From Candidatus Latescibacterota bacterium (GTDB lineage: Bacteria > Latescibacterota > UBA2968 > UBA8231): a stretch of 64,000 nt of DNA. Position numbers and translations under genes: made by a program. The notes below the pieces were generated by a model. That model was not told the origin of the DNA, searched no databases, and saw only the letters and a program-made list of their open reading frames with translations. The first letter of the stretch is position 1. Each line of letters begins with the position of its first letter. Below are positions 1 through 9,013 of this stretch, in pieces. The stretch is taken from NCBI GenBank assembly GCA_965200315.1, contig OZ241362.1, forward strand, positions 5,216,001 through 5,280,000, written 5' to 3'.

Positions 1-900
1 GAAGGACTTTTAACAGCGAAGAATGGAGAGTACATATACGAAGCTACTAAAGCATTTATAGAACTGGGCTATAGAGTACGCGTCGATAAGGTTTATGCAC
101 ATGAGTACGGGATTCCACAAAGAAGAAAGCGCGTTTTGGTGATTGGCAACCGCTTGGGATACGATTTTAGTTTGCCTCAGCCCGTACAGCATATTCATGG
201 AGCTATTTTTAGAAAATCGAGTTCGACGCTTAGACATGCAATAGGCGATTTGCCCGAACCATCTGTCAAGAAAGAACAAACAGTAAGATATAGTGGTACT
301 TGGAAAGATGAGATAAGGGATGGCGCTAGAGAAATAAAGGATCACTTTAGGCCATTGCTCCAAGATACACAGGCAGAGCGCATTCGCGCATTAAAACCTG
401 GGCAAACCATGAAGGACCTCCCCGAAGAGTTACAGCACAGCTCCTTTAGGAGAAGAGCCTATAGGCGAGTAATGGACGGAACGCCTTCAGATAAGAGAGG
501 TGGTGCGCCTTCTGGTCTGAAAAGACTGCGCTTTGACGAGCCCTGCTTAACGATTACTGGGGCTGCTTGCCGAGAATTTATTCACCCAATTGAAGATCGA
601 CCGTTGACGATTAGAGAATGCGCCAGAATCCAAACATTCCCGGATTCGTTTATTTTCTTGGGAAATACGTCTGATAAGATACGGCATACTGGTAATGCAA
701 TTCCACCAAAGCTCGCACTAATTTTTGCCGAGCATATAAAGGGTTACGGATTCTTACCAACTAAAGAAATGGGACATGGAGCATTGATAGGATTTACTTT
801 GACAAAAGCGTCTGCGATGAGTCCGTCTCTCATAAAGACAGCGCGATTGCTGGAGAGTCTAAAGAAAAGTGATAAACCACAATTAACCTTATTTGAATAA
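1..900 (+). CDS. DNA (cytosine-5) methyltransferase, 5'-truncated by the window edge
   Basis: Frame 1 is open from base 1 (EGLLTAKNGEY...YGIPQRRKRVLVIG = motif VIII). Motifs IX/X are present (RPLTIRECARIQTFPD, GNAIPP). AT-richer than the flanking DNA. Confidence 0.9.
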   Translation, partial: EGLLTAKNGEYIYEATKAFIELGYRVRVDKVYAHEYGIPQRRKRVLVIGNRLGYDFSLPQPVQHIHGAIFRKSSSTLRHAIGDLPEPSVKKEQTVRYSGTWKDEIRDGAREIKDHFRPLLQDTQAERIRALKPGQTMKDLPEELQHSSFRRRAYRRVMDGTPSDKRGGAPSGLKRLRFDEPCLTITGAACREFIHPIEDRPLTIRECARIQTFPDSFIFLGNTSDKIRHTGNAIPPKLALIFAEHIKGYGFLPTKEMGHGALIGFTLTKASAMSPSLIKTARLLESLKKSDKPQLTLFE

Positions 901-1936
901 AATTTCTATGACTAATACTTCAATCCGATATTTGCTGAGCAAGTGCAAAATTCACGGTACAGGAGACGCACAGGTTATTCTCTCCGATTCTGAATTATAT
1001 GTTCTTTTGTCGATCAGTGTGCGAGATCTCAAATGGAACTCGTCTGAGTTGGGACTATCCGATATAGAAATTCCCAATCAAGACTACTATCAGATTTCTA
1101 TACAGTGGTTTTCTGCAAGTGAAATACCTTATGCAAACTCAGATTTGCTTTTGCAGGTACTAGATAATGCAGTCAGAAAACATCCTGACTTTGCGCTCTA
1201 TATTCAGAATCTATGCGCCCTACACAGACGGCGAGTGAAGTACCGGCGAATTCTAGAAACACAGCCACTCGCACAAGCCGATCAAATTGGCCCTCGAAGC
1301 CTCCTTGAATTCGGCTCATGCGATCTTGAACTTTTGTTTAGCTGGATGACTTGGCGAAAGTGGATATACGATATTGATAATCGATCTGCACAAGAAACAG
1401 GATATTTATTTGAACCCATCCTTGCGAGTTGCTTGGGTGGAGAACCTATTGGAGCACGAAATTCGCCAGTAAAGCGCCTAGATGAGGATGGAAAGCCGAC
1501 GAAAAAAGGTCGTCAAATTGACTGTTTTGTAGCAGAAGGAAACCTAGCCTATGAGTTCAAACTCAGAGTTACCATTGCGGCAAGTGGTCAAGGCCGCTTT
1601 TCCGAGGAGCTGTCTTTTCCGAGAGAATGCAAGGCAGCAGGGTTTACCCCTGTTCTTCTGGTGCTAGATCCAACTTCATCACCCCGTCTTACAGAACTGG
1701 CCGAAGAATTTATGAATGCGGATGGTATTGCTATGACTGGAGAAGAAGCATGGGAACACATAGAAGAGAATGCAGGACAAATTTTATCGACTTTTGTGAT
1801 GAAGTATATACGCCCACCGATAGATGCAATAGGAGTAATTGACAACAGGCTTCCTGCAAATCTCAAGCTATCTTGGGGCGAAAAATCCATTTCAATAGCT
1901 TCAGAAAATGTTAGGTATGAAATTAGACGAGAGTAG
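893..1936 (+). CDS. Type II restriction endonuclease, probably ApaLI-like
   Basis: Overlaps the MTase stop. PD-(D/E)xK-like core QIDC...AYEFKLR. The segment LRVTIAASGQGR...EELSFP recalls the ApaLI family (recognised from memory, not searched). Confidence 0.7.
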   Translation: MNKISMTNTSIRYLLSKCKIHGTGDAQVILSDSELYVLLSISVRDLKWNSSELGLSDIEIPNQDYYQISIQWFSASEIPYANSDLLLQVLDNAVRKHPDFALYIQNLCALHRRRVKYRRILETQPLAQADQIGPRSLLEFGSCDLELLFSWMTWRKWIYDIDNRSAQETGYLFEPILASCLGGEPIGARNSPVKRLDEDGKPTKKGRQIDCFVAEGNLAYEFKLRVTIAASGQGRFSEELSFPRECKAAGFTPVLLVLDPTSSPRLTELAEEFMNADGIAMTGEEAWEHIEENAGQILSTFVMKYIRPPIDAIGVIDNRLPANLKLSWGEKSISIASENVRYEIRRE

Positions 1937-1960
1937 GGATTTCTAAAAAATACAAGGAGC

Positions 1961-3361
1961 ATGCGTCTTATGAACATCATCGTCTTGGTCAGCGACACCT
2001 TTCGCTACGACTATTTGGGGTGCAACGGCAATGCGTGGATCGGCACGGCGGCGCTCGACCGCTTTGCCGAGCGGGCGGTGTGCTTCGACCGGCACTATTT
2101 GTCGAGCTTTCCGACCATCCCCAACCGCACCGACCTCTTTACCGGCCGCTACAGCTTCCCCTTCCACGGCTGGAAACCGCTCGACGCAGGTGTCCCGGTG
2201 CTGAGCACGATTTTCGGTGCGGCCGGCTACCAAAGCCAGCTTATCTGCGACACGCCGCATCTGATGAAGGGCGTCCACCATTTTGACCGGGGGTTTGACG
2301 GGGCGTATTGGATTCGTGGCCAAGAGGGCGACAAGCCGCTGTTGAAGGGCAACTTGCCGCCGCGCATGGAAGTAGCCGGGGCGAAGACGCGCATTGATCC
2401 GCATCTGGCTCAGTCGCGCTTTGGCAATCTGGCGACCTTGCACTCGTGGACTAACCGCGATTGGGCGTGGGAGGAAGACCGCTTCTGCGTGCGCACGGCG
2501 CAGACGGCGAGCCGCTGGCTGGAGGAAAATCGCGGCTGTGAGCCGTTCTTGCTGTGGGTGGATTTCTTCGACGCGCACGAGCCGTGGGACCCGCCGGAAC
2601 ATCTCGTGGGCCGCTATGATACCTCTGGGTACGACGGCCCGGCGATGATTCATCCGAACTACGGCCCGGCTACGGCGTACACGTCGGCGGAATTGGCCAA
2701 CCTCCAGGCACACTATGCGGCCGAGATTTACTTGGTCAACAAGTGGATCGGCTACGTGTTGGACAAAATTGAGGAGCTGGGGCTGTTCGACAACAGCGTG
2801 GTGGTCTTTACCTCGGATCACGGCATGTTCGTCGGCGAGCACAACCGCACAGGCAAGTCCAACATCCACCCCGAGGATGACCGCGTCTGGCCGCTATACG
2901 AAGAGATCAGCCACATCCCGCTGCTGATCGCTGCTCCCGAGGTCGCGGGCGGACAGCGCGTGAGCGCGTTGACGCAGTCGGTAGATTTGCTGCCGACGCT
3001 GATGGCTTTAGCTGGCGTAAAAAAAAGCGACCTAAAGATGCACGGGCACTCGCTCGCGCCGCTTATGACCGAATCGGCAACGTGGCCGCGGCAATACGCC
3101 TTCAGCTCGACCTTTATCCGCAATGGCGGACCGACGGTGACCGACGAGCGCTGGACCTACTTGGCGTATGGCGAGCACGGCGGCGCACCCGAGCTGTACG
3201 ACATGCAGGCCGACCCCCAGCAGCAGACGAATGTGATCGGCGAGCACCGAGAGGAGACCCGGCGGATGCAGCAAGCCTTGGCGGACTTTCTCGACGCGGT
3301 GGAGACGCCCGCGGAAAATCGTGCGTTGCTGGGGCCGGTCGGCGGGCCGGATTACAACTGA
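1961..3361 (+). CDS. Sulfatase/alkaline-phosphatase-superfamily hydrolase with Thr at the nucleophile position
   Basis: NIIVLVSDT, TIPNRTDLFTG, DAHEPWDPP, FTSDHG, ELYDMQADP motifs; RBS AAGGAG. Confidence 0.85.
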   Translation: MRLMNIIVLVSDTFRYDYLGCNGNAWIGTAALDRFAERAVCFDRHYLSSFPTIPNRTDLFTGRYSFPFHGWKPLDAGVPVLSTIFGAAGYQSQLICDTPHLMKGVHHFDRGFDGAYWIRGQEGDKPLLKGNLPPRMEVAGAKTRIDPHLAQSRFGNLATLHSWTNRDWAWEEDRFCVRTAQTASRWLEENRGCEPFLLWVDFFDAHEPWDPPEHLVGRYDTSGYDGPAMIHPNYGPATAYTSAELANLQAHYAAEIYLVNKWIGYVLDKIEELGLFDNSVVVFTSDHGMFVGEHNRTGKSNIHPEDDRVWPLYEEISHIPLLIAAPEVAGGQRVSALTQSVDLLPTLMALAGVKKSDLKMHGHSLAPLMTESATWPRQYAFSSTFIRNGGPTVTDERWTYLAYGEHGGAPELYDMQADPQQQTNVIGEHREETRRMQQALADFLDAVETPAENRALLGPVGGPDYN

Positions 3362-3370
3362 TCGCTGCCG

Positions 3371-3586
3371 CTATCCCGTGAAGAAGTCGAAGATATGGCC
3401 GAGGCGCGAGCTGTCGGCGGCGTAGAATTCGGTGTAGCGGCACTGCTCGCAAGTTACGGTTGTCAACTTGCGGTTTTGCACATCGAATATCTTAGACCAA
3501 AACCCCCCGGAGGCGCGGATCTCGCCGGTCCCGTAGGTGGTGTGATGGCATTTGGAGCACTCAAAGCGCAACGTAGGCGAACTCAT
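3371..3586 (-). CDS. Small zinc-ribbon protein
   Basis: CSKC...CEQC pairs and the SKIFDVQN...YTEFY signature of a small conserved Zn-ribbon family. Confidence 0.8.
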   Translation of the reverse strand: MSSPTLRFECSKCHHTTYGTGEIRASGGFWSKIFDVQNRKLTTVTCEQCRYTEFYAADSSRLGHIFDFFTG

Positions 3587-3790
3587 GGGGCCTCATGCGT
3601 CGGATGTGGATGTTCGCTAGGGCAATATATCACAAAATGTAGATCAACACCCTACTTATCAAGGACGTAGGACGTGGAATGGCTATAGTGCGGCCGAGCT
3701 AGGGGATGGACTGGATTTTTGCCGAAAAGCGGAAGAGGACGGGGGATGGTCTAGCAGGGGTTTTTGTGTTGCTTCGGGATGCGCTGCGCG

Positions 3791-4000
3791 TCACTCCTCT
3801 ACATTGGCGAGTATTTCTTCAAGGGTCCACAAACGCTCGGAGTCAGCGATTAGGGCTTCGATGATGAGGGGATGGGCCTTGATGGTGCGCGAGTCGATAA
3901 ATTCAAAACCGGGCTGGTCGCGCAGGAGCATTTCTCGATCCTCTATGACGAAGATGTCGTCTGGCCCCCCCGAGGCCTCTGAATGGCGATAGAGTGGCAT
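3791..4000 (-). CDS. Small acidic hypothetical protein
   Basis: 69-aa ORF with an AAGGAAGG-type RBS upstream and no competing gene. Confidence 0.5.
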   Translation of the reverse strand: MPLYRHSEASGGPDDIFVIEDREMLLRDQPGFEFIDSRTIKAHPLIIEALIADSERLWTLEEILANVEE

Positions 4001-4107
4001 ATTGTCCTTCCTTGTAAAAGGTTTTGTCTAGCTTAGACGCCGGTATTGGATATATAGTTGCCGGCATCTTTACGGGGCAAAATTTTATTCGCTCAAATAT
4101 CAAGTAA

Positions 4108-5037
4108 TTATGTAATATCGCGCTCTTTTATCCATTGTTTGATGCAGTCGGCCGTCTCGTCGGGGTATTCGAGGTGGGGCGCGTGTCCGCAATTGGGGAA
4201 GATGTGCAGGTCGGCGCAGGGCAGGTCAGCAGCAAAGCGCTGGGCCGAGTACACGGGTAAGACGCGGTCTTGTTGCCCCCACAAAATTAAGGTTGGGCAG
4301 GTGATGTCGCAAAAGCGCTGGTGGAACGTTGCTACGTCGGGTGGTAAGAGGTTCCGTGCTGAGTAGTGGTAGGCGTACGCGGCGTTGGGTGTTTCGAGCG
4401 CGGAGCGGGCGACTGTTGAGAGTTCGGGGGGGATTTTGCTGCGGTCGTGGAAGCAGCGCCGGAAGGTGCGCCAAACAGCCAAGCGCAACAGACCGAAGGC
4501 TCTCGCTAGGGTGTGGATTGGGGCACGGGCCAGCAGCTTGCTTGGATGACTGCCGAGGGTGCGCACGTGTACGGGAAGTTTGTGGGGATAGCCGGCTGCG
4601 TCGATGAGTACCAGTCCGCGCACCTTAGCTGCGAGTGCGGGAAAGTCGAGGTACAAGCGCAGGGCCAAGCCTCCGCCGAGCGAGTTGCCCAAGAGAATCA
4701 CCTCGTCCAAGTCCAGCGCCGCGATAAAGGCCACAAGGTAGCTAACCTGCATATCCGGCGAGTAGCGCTCGTGCGCCGGGCGGGCAGCAAAGGTCGGCTT
4801 GCTGCTATACCCGTGGCCGATCAAGTCGGGGGCGATAATGCGGTGGCCGGGCAGGCGGGCGATCAAGCGGAAAAAGGTGGCCTTGTTGTCAAAGATACCG
4901 TGCAAGAGTACTAAAGGGGGACGGTCTCCGCTGCCGCCATTGTCGATATAGGCCATTTCGACTTGGTCGGCGAGGGCGATGCGATACTCGGCGAACTTGG
5001 GGAAGAGGGGCGAGGATGAAGAAGAAATAGGCGACAT
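4108..5037 (-). CDS. Alpha/beta-fold hydrolase
   Basis: LVLLHG, DLIGHGYS, GNSLGG nucleophile elbow, WGQQD, GHAPH. Start probably MSPISSS at 5037 rather than 5076. Confidence 0.9.
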   Translation of the reverse strand: MSPISSSSSPLFPKFAEYRIALADQVEMAYIDNGGSGDRPPLVLLHGIFDNKATFFRLIARLPGHRIIAPDLIGHGYSSKPTFAARPAHERYSPDMQVSYLVAFIAALDLDEVILLGNSLGGGLALRLYLDFPALAAKVRGLVLIDAAGYPHKLPVHVRTLGSHPSKLLARAPIHTLARAFGLLRLAVWRTFRRCFHDRSKIPPELSTVARSALETPNAAYAYHYSARNLLPPDVATFHQRFCDITCPTLILWGQQDRVLPVYSAQRFAADLPCADLHIFPNCGHAPHLEYPDETADCIKQWIKERDIT

Positions 5038-5058
5038 AGTGTATGTAAAAAAGCATAT

Positions 5059-5225
5059 TTGCCTAGTGAATTTCAACTCGAAGCAACCCTAGTCTATGGT
5101 CAGATTTGGGGCGTCGTTGGAATAGCCGCGACGAAGCAGGCCGGGATGTGGCCGCCGGCGTGTATCTCTATCGGGTCGAGGTGGATGGGCGCGTGGAAAC
5201 CAAGAAGATGACGAAGCTGCCGTAA
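5059..5225 (+). pseudogene. Remnant of a FlgD-Ig / T9SS-like C-terminal domain
   Basis: LPSEFQLEA (from 5059), then in another frame WNSRDEAGRDVAAGVYLYRVEVDGRVETKKMTKLP* (5118-5225). Matches the tails of the two M6 proteases in this window. Confidence 0.7.
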
Positions 5226-5267
5226 GGGAAGAAACCTCGGGTCGCATTTGACTGCGGGCAGAAGATC

Positions 5268-5304
5268 AACCGCCGCTAACGCCATAAGTTAGCGGCGGTT
5301 TTTT
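5268..5304. terminator. Intrinsic terminator between convergent units
   Basis: Perfect 13-bp stem AACCGCCGCTAAC / GTTAGCGGCGGTT, 7-nt loop, followed by a T run on +. Confidence 0.8.
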
Positions 5305-5308
5305 ATAC

Positions 5309-6292
5309 TCAGCGTGCTTCTCGTTCCACCAGTGCGCTGATGGCTTCGAGGTCGAGGTCGCTGCTGTCTTGGGGGTAGGTGTAGGGGAGGAGCCACCAGT
5401 CCTCGGTGAAGGATGCCTCGCCGCCGGGCGGTATATCCTCGCGCGGGCCGATCGGCTCCAACTCGCACATCAGATCCTCATAATACCATATCGAGATGGT
5501 CAGTCCGGCCAATTCTCCATAGGGGCGGTCGGGGTACACAGGATAGCGCTTGACCCACAGTAGGTCGTTGCGGTCGAGATAGGCAAACCATCCGGCTTGC
5601 GAGTCCATGCCGAGCTTAGGTCTGAGCGGCGTCGAGAGGACTTCGAGGAAATTGTCGCGGATGCGGATATTGGGGTCTTCGGGGCGGTAGTTGATGACCG
5701 GGCCGGGGCCGTACATGACATAGGAAGCCGGGAACCGGCTCCCTCGCGTCAGGGGGATGAGTACGATGCCGCCGCCCGTGCCAAAGGTGCGGCTCCAGTG
5801 GCCCCAGTGTTTTTCGCTGTCAGAGACGTTTTTGATGGTCTGGGTGACGCTCAAGTGAGTGGAGGCCTCGGCGAGCTGGAAGTCGCGGATGAGCTGGACG
5901 CCGGTCGGCTCGTCTTTTTTGCTAATCAGGCGAGCCGAGCGCGGGCCGGTGATTTGGCTTTCCCACTGCCCGAGCCAGAGGTCGGGATGGGCGGGGATGA
6001 CCATTTCCGGGCCGATGTCGAGGCGGCCGCCGGTGGGGCCGAAGCGAGGATCGCCGTCCTCAAAGGTCGCGCCTTCTTGGGCCGGGTCGAGGTAGATGGC
6101 GTTGGGGCCTTTGCGCGAGTATTCGAGGACGCGGCCGGCCGATGAAGTGAGGACGACGCGGGTGTGGGCGTTTTCGAGGCGGATGCAGTCTTCGTAGCCA
6201 AAGTACGCGATGCGGTCGGTCCCGGGCATGTTGGAATCGGCTCCAGCTAAGGTGGCGGCGAGGGTGAGGAGTAGAAGCGTTAGTCGGCGCAT
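5309..6292 (-). CDS. Secreted protein, DUF4380 / galactose-mutarotase-like fold
   Basis: Signal peptide (MRRLTLLLLTLAATLAGA); GRVLEY, GGRLDIGPE, CELEPIGP motifs. Confidence 0.65.
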   Translation of the reverse strand: MRRLTLLLLTLAATLAGADSNMPGTDRIAYFGYEDCIRLENAHTRVVLTSSAGRVLEYSRKGPNAIYLDPAQEGATFEDGDPRFGPTGGRLDIGPEMVIPAHPDLWLGQWESQITGPRSARLISKKDEPTGVQLIRDFQLAEASTHLSVTQTIKNVSDSEKHWGHWSRTFGTGGGIVLIPLTRGSRFPASYVMYGPGPVINYRPEDPNIRIRDNFLEVLSTPLRPKLGMDSQAGWFAYLDRNDLLWVKRYPVYPDRPYGELAGLTISIWYYEDLMCELEPIGPREDIPPGGEASFTEDWWLLPYTYPQDSSDLDLEAISALVEREAR

Positions 6293-6303
6293 AGCGTGTT
6301 TTC

Positions 6304-7275
6304 CTAGTTGGGGTTGACGATGACGCGGCCCTGCACTTTGCCCGCTAAGATGTCCTTGCCGAGGCGGGGGACGTCGGCTAAACCGACCTCAGTACAGATG
6401 CGATCTAGTTTTTCCAAGGGCAGTTGGGTGGCTAGGCGTACCCAAGCAGCCGTGCGGTGCTCGGCTGAGTAGAACACGGAGTCGATGCCGAGGATGTTGA
6501 CGCCACGCAGCAAGAAGGGAATGACGGTGGTTGCAAATTGGGCACCGCCGGCTAAGCCGACTGCGGCGATGGAAGCCCCATAGTTCATCTGGGCCAAGAC
6601 GCGGGCCAAGGTGGTGCCGCCGACCGAGTCGATGCAGGCGGCCCAGCGTGCACTTTCTAGGGGTTTGTTGGATGGCTCGGTGAGGTCTTGGCGCGGGATG
6701 ATGGTTTGGGCACCCAGGTCTTTTAGATAGGGTTCGAGTTCGGGGCGGCCGGTGGATGCGGCGACTTGGTAGCCCAGCGAGGCGAGCAGTAAAACGGAGA
6801 GGGAGCCGACGCCGCCGGCTGCGCCGGTGACAAGAACCTCGCCTTTGTCAGGCGTAAGGCCGTGGGCTTCGAGTGCTTCTAAGGAGATGGCTGCGGTCAG
6901 GCCCGCAGCACCCAAGCCCATGGCGGTGCGCAGCGTGAGGCCGGCGGGTAGGGGCACGAGCCAGTCGGATTTGAGGCGCGCCTTTTGCGCGTACCCTCCC
7001 CAGTGGATTTCGCCGACGCGCCAGCCTGTACATATAACTTGGTCGCCGGGTTGGAACTGGCCGTTCTGGCTGTGGGTGACCGTGCCAGCGAGGTCAAGGC
7101 CGGGGACGTGGGGGTAGGTTTTGACCAAACCGCCTAGGCCGTTGAGGATCAGCCCGTCTTTGTAGTTGAGCGAGGAATACGCAACGGCGATTTCTACGTC
7201 TCCGGCGGGCAGGCGGCTTTCGTCGAGTTCTTCGATGAGAGCAGAGTGCTCATGTAAGATGAGTGCTTTGAACAT
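6304..7275 (-). CDS. acuI: Acryloyl-CoA reductase AcuI/YhdH-family MDR oxidoreductase
   Basis: YSSLNYKD, GEIHWGGYAQKAR, VTGAAGGVGS, PFLLRGVNILGIDSV signatures. Confidence 0.85.
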   Translation of the reverse strand: MFKALILHEHSALIEELDESRLPAGDVEIAVAYSSLNYKDGLILNGLGGLVKTYPHVPGLDLAGTVTHSQNGQFQPGDQVICTGWRVGEIHWGGYAQKARLKSDWLVPLPAGLTLRTAMGLGAAGLTAAISLEALEAHGLTPDKGEVLVTGAAGGVGSLSVLLLASLGYQVAASTGRPELEPYLKDLGAQTIIPRQDLTEPSNKPLESARWAACIDSVGGTTLARVLAQMNYGASIAAVGLAGGAQFATTVIPFLLRGVNILGIDSVFYSAEHRTAAWVRLATQLPLEKLDRICTEVGLADVPRLGKDILAGKVQGRVIVNPN

Positions 7276-7445
7276 GGTCTTTATAGGATCGAAAGAGGAA
7301 ACTGAAGCAAGCCAACAGCCCGCCGACAGACGATCTGCCGAGGGATTATGGTATTGTCTCCGTTTGAAATTCGCAAACCGACATCGTCTTGCTGGAGGGC
7401 GAAGCGGGTTAAGTCGTGGGGGGTTGCCTAACGTCAGTTATTCAT

Positions 7446-8255
7446 TCACTCCACCGGTATTTCGTCGTTGAAAACCTGAGTGCGTTTCATCAGGCGGCGC
7501 TGGTGGGAGGGAAAGGCGAGGCGGCGGTGCATGGTGGGGCGGTTGTCAAAGAGGACGAGGTCGCCGACTTGCCACTCGTGAGTCCAGACGAAGCGCGGCT
7601 GTTCGAGATGGGCGTACAGTTGGCCGAGCAGGGCGTCGCTGTCACGGTGGCTAAGGCCGACCACGTATTGGGTCAGGTGCGGCCCTACGTAGAGCGAGCG
7701 GCCCCCCGTTTCCGGGTGGGTGCGGACGATGGGGTGGGCGACGTGCTCGGGTGGGTTTTGCGCTTCGACGTAGTGGCGATGCACGGCGCGCATTCCCTTG
7801 AGGCGGATTTTCCAAGCGTCGTCGAGCGCTTCGTAGGCGGCCGTGCAATTGCACCACTCGGTCTGGCCGCCCTGCGCGGGGATCTCCACCGCGTAGAGCA
7901 CCGACAGGGTGCCGGGGCGCGGCAGGTAGGAAAGATCCGAATGAAAGGGAATCAGCTCGTCGCCTAGTTCGCCGATTGGCTCGCCGTTTTCTTTGACATT
8001 GGAGATGAGGAAAATCTCCTTGACCCGCCGTGGGCGCTGTTGGCGTACGTGCGGTACGGGTTGGCCAAAGTACGCGGTGAAGCGCACTTGGTCCTCGTCG
8101 CTGAGCTGCTGCTGGCGAAAGAAGACCACGCCGTGGTCGAGCAGTGCTTGGCGCACCTGCGCGACTTGGGTGGGCCTAAGCGGTGCGGACAGGTTACAAC
8201 CTTTGATCTCAGCACCGAGCGCGCCGCCGGTGGGCGCGACTGTTATCTCAGACAT
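7446..8255 (-). CDS. TauD/TfdA family Fe(II)/2-oxoglutarate dioxygenase
   Basis: LGAEI, HSD (HxD), HPIVRTHPETG, FDNRPTMHRR. Confidence 0.92.
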   Translation of the reverse strand: MSEITVAPTGGALGAEIKGCNLSAPLRPTQVAQVRQALLDHGVVFFRQQQLSDEDQVRFTAYFGQPVPHVRQQRPRRVKEIFLISNVKENGEPIGELGDELIPFHSDLSYLPRPGTLSVLYAVEIPAQGGQTEWCNCTAAYEALDDAWKIRLKGMRAVHRHYVEAQNPPEHVAHPIVRTHPETGGRSLYVGPHLTQYVVGLSHRDSDALLGQLYAHLEQPRFVWTHEWQVGDLVLFDNRPTMHRRLAFPSHQRRLMKRTQVFNDEIPVE

Positions 8256-9009
8256 TGCAGACTTTGAAAGCGTGGGCTAGCGAATTGAGGGGATCGCCCT
8301 TGGGCCGGTACTCGTGGCCAACAAAGCCATCGTAGGAAGTGGCGGCGATGGCTTGCATGATCGGCGGGTAGTAAATCTCTTGCTGGTCGTCGAGGTCGCG
8401 GCGACCGGGGTTGCCGGCCGTGTGGAAGTGGCCGATGCAGTCGATGTGGTCGGTGATGTTGCGGATGAGATCGCCTTCCATGATCTGCATGTGGTAGATG
8501 TCGTAGAGCAGCTTGAAGCAGGGCGAGCCGACGGCCCGGCACAGGGCCACGCCCCAAGCGGTGCGGTCGCACTGGTAGTCGGGGTGGTTGACCCGCGAGT
8601 TGAGCAATTCCATGCAGAGCGCAATGCCCTTTTCCTCGGCGGCATCAGTGACGCGGCGCAGACCGGCGACGCAGTTGGCGAGACCCTCTTCTGAAGACCG
8701 GCCCTCGCTGTTGCCGGAGAAGCAAATCAGCGAGGGAATGCCACATTCAACGGCGAGGTCGATATTGGCGAGGAGCTCGTCTTCGATGCGGTCGTGATTC
8801 TCGGGCTTGTTGAGGCCGTCGGGCAGGGAAGCGTGGCCGGAGACGATGGCGATGGCGAGGCCGTGGTCTTGGATCAGCGGCCAGTGTTCCCGCGCAGCCA
8901 TCTCTACGGATTGGTAGCCAATGCGGGCGGCGGCCGCGACCAATTCTTGCGGACTGAGGCCGCAGGAGGTGAAGGGATTGAAGCAGACAGATTGTTTGAT
9001 GGCAGGCAT
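8248..9009 (-). CDS. Hydroxypyruvate-isomerase-like TIM-barrel protein
   Basis: ELLNSRVNHPDY, KLLYDIYHMQIMEGD, HFHTAGNPGR, VGHEY. Start MPAIKQS at 9009. Confidence 0.88.
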   Translation of the reverse strand: MPAIKQSVCFNPFTSCGLSPQELVAAAARIGYQSVEMAAREHWPLIQDHGLAIAIVSGHASLPDGLNKPENHDRIEDELLANIDLAVECGIPSLICFSGNSEGRSSEEGLANCVAGLRRVTDAAEEKGIALCMELLNSRVNHPDYQCDRTAWGVALCRAVGSPCFKLLYDIYHMQIMEGDLIRNITDHIDCIGHFHTAGNPGRRDLDDQQEIYYPPIMQAIAATSYDGFVGHEYRPKGDPLNSLAHAFKVCNV

Positions 9010-9013
9010 AAAG

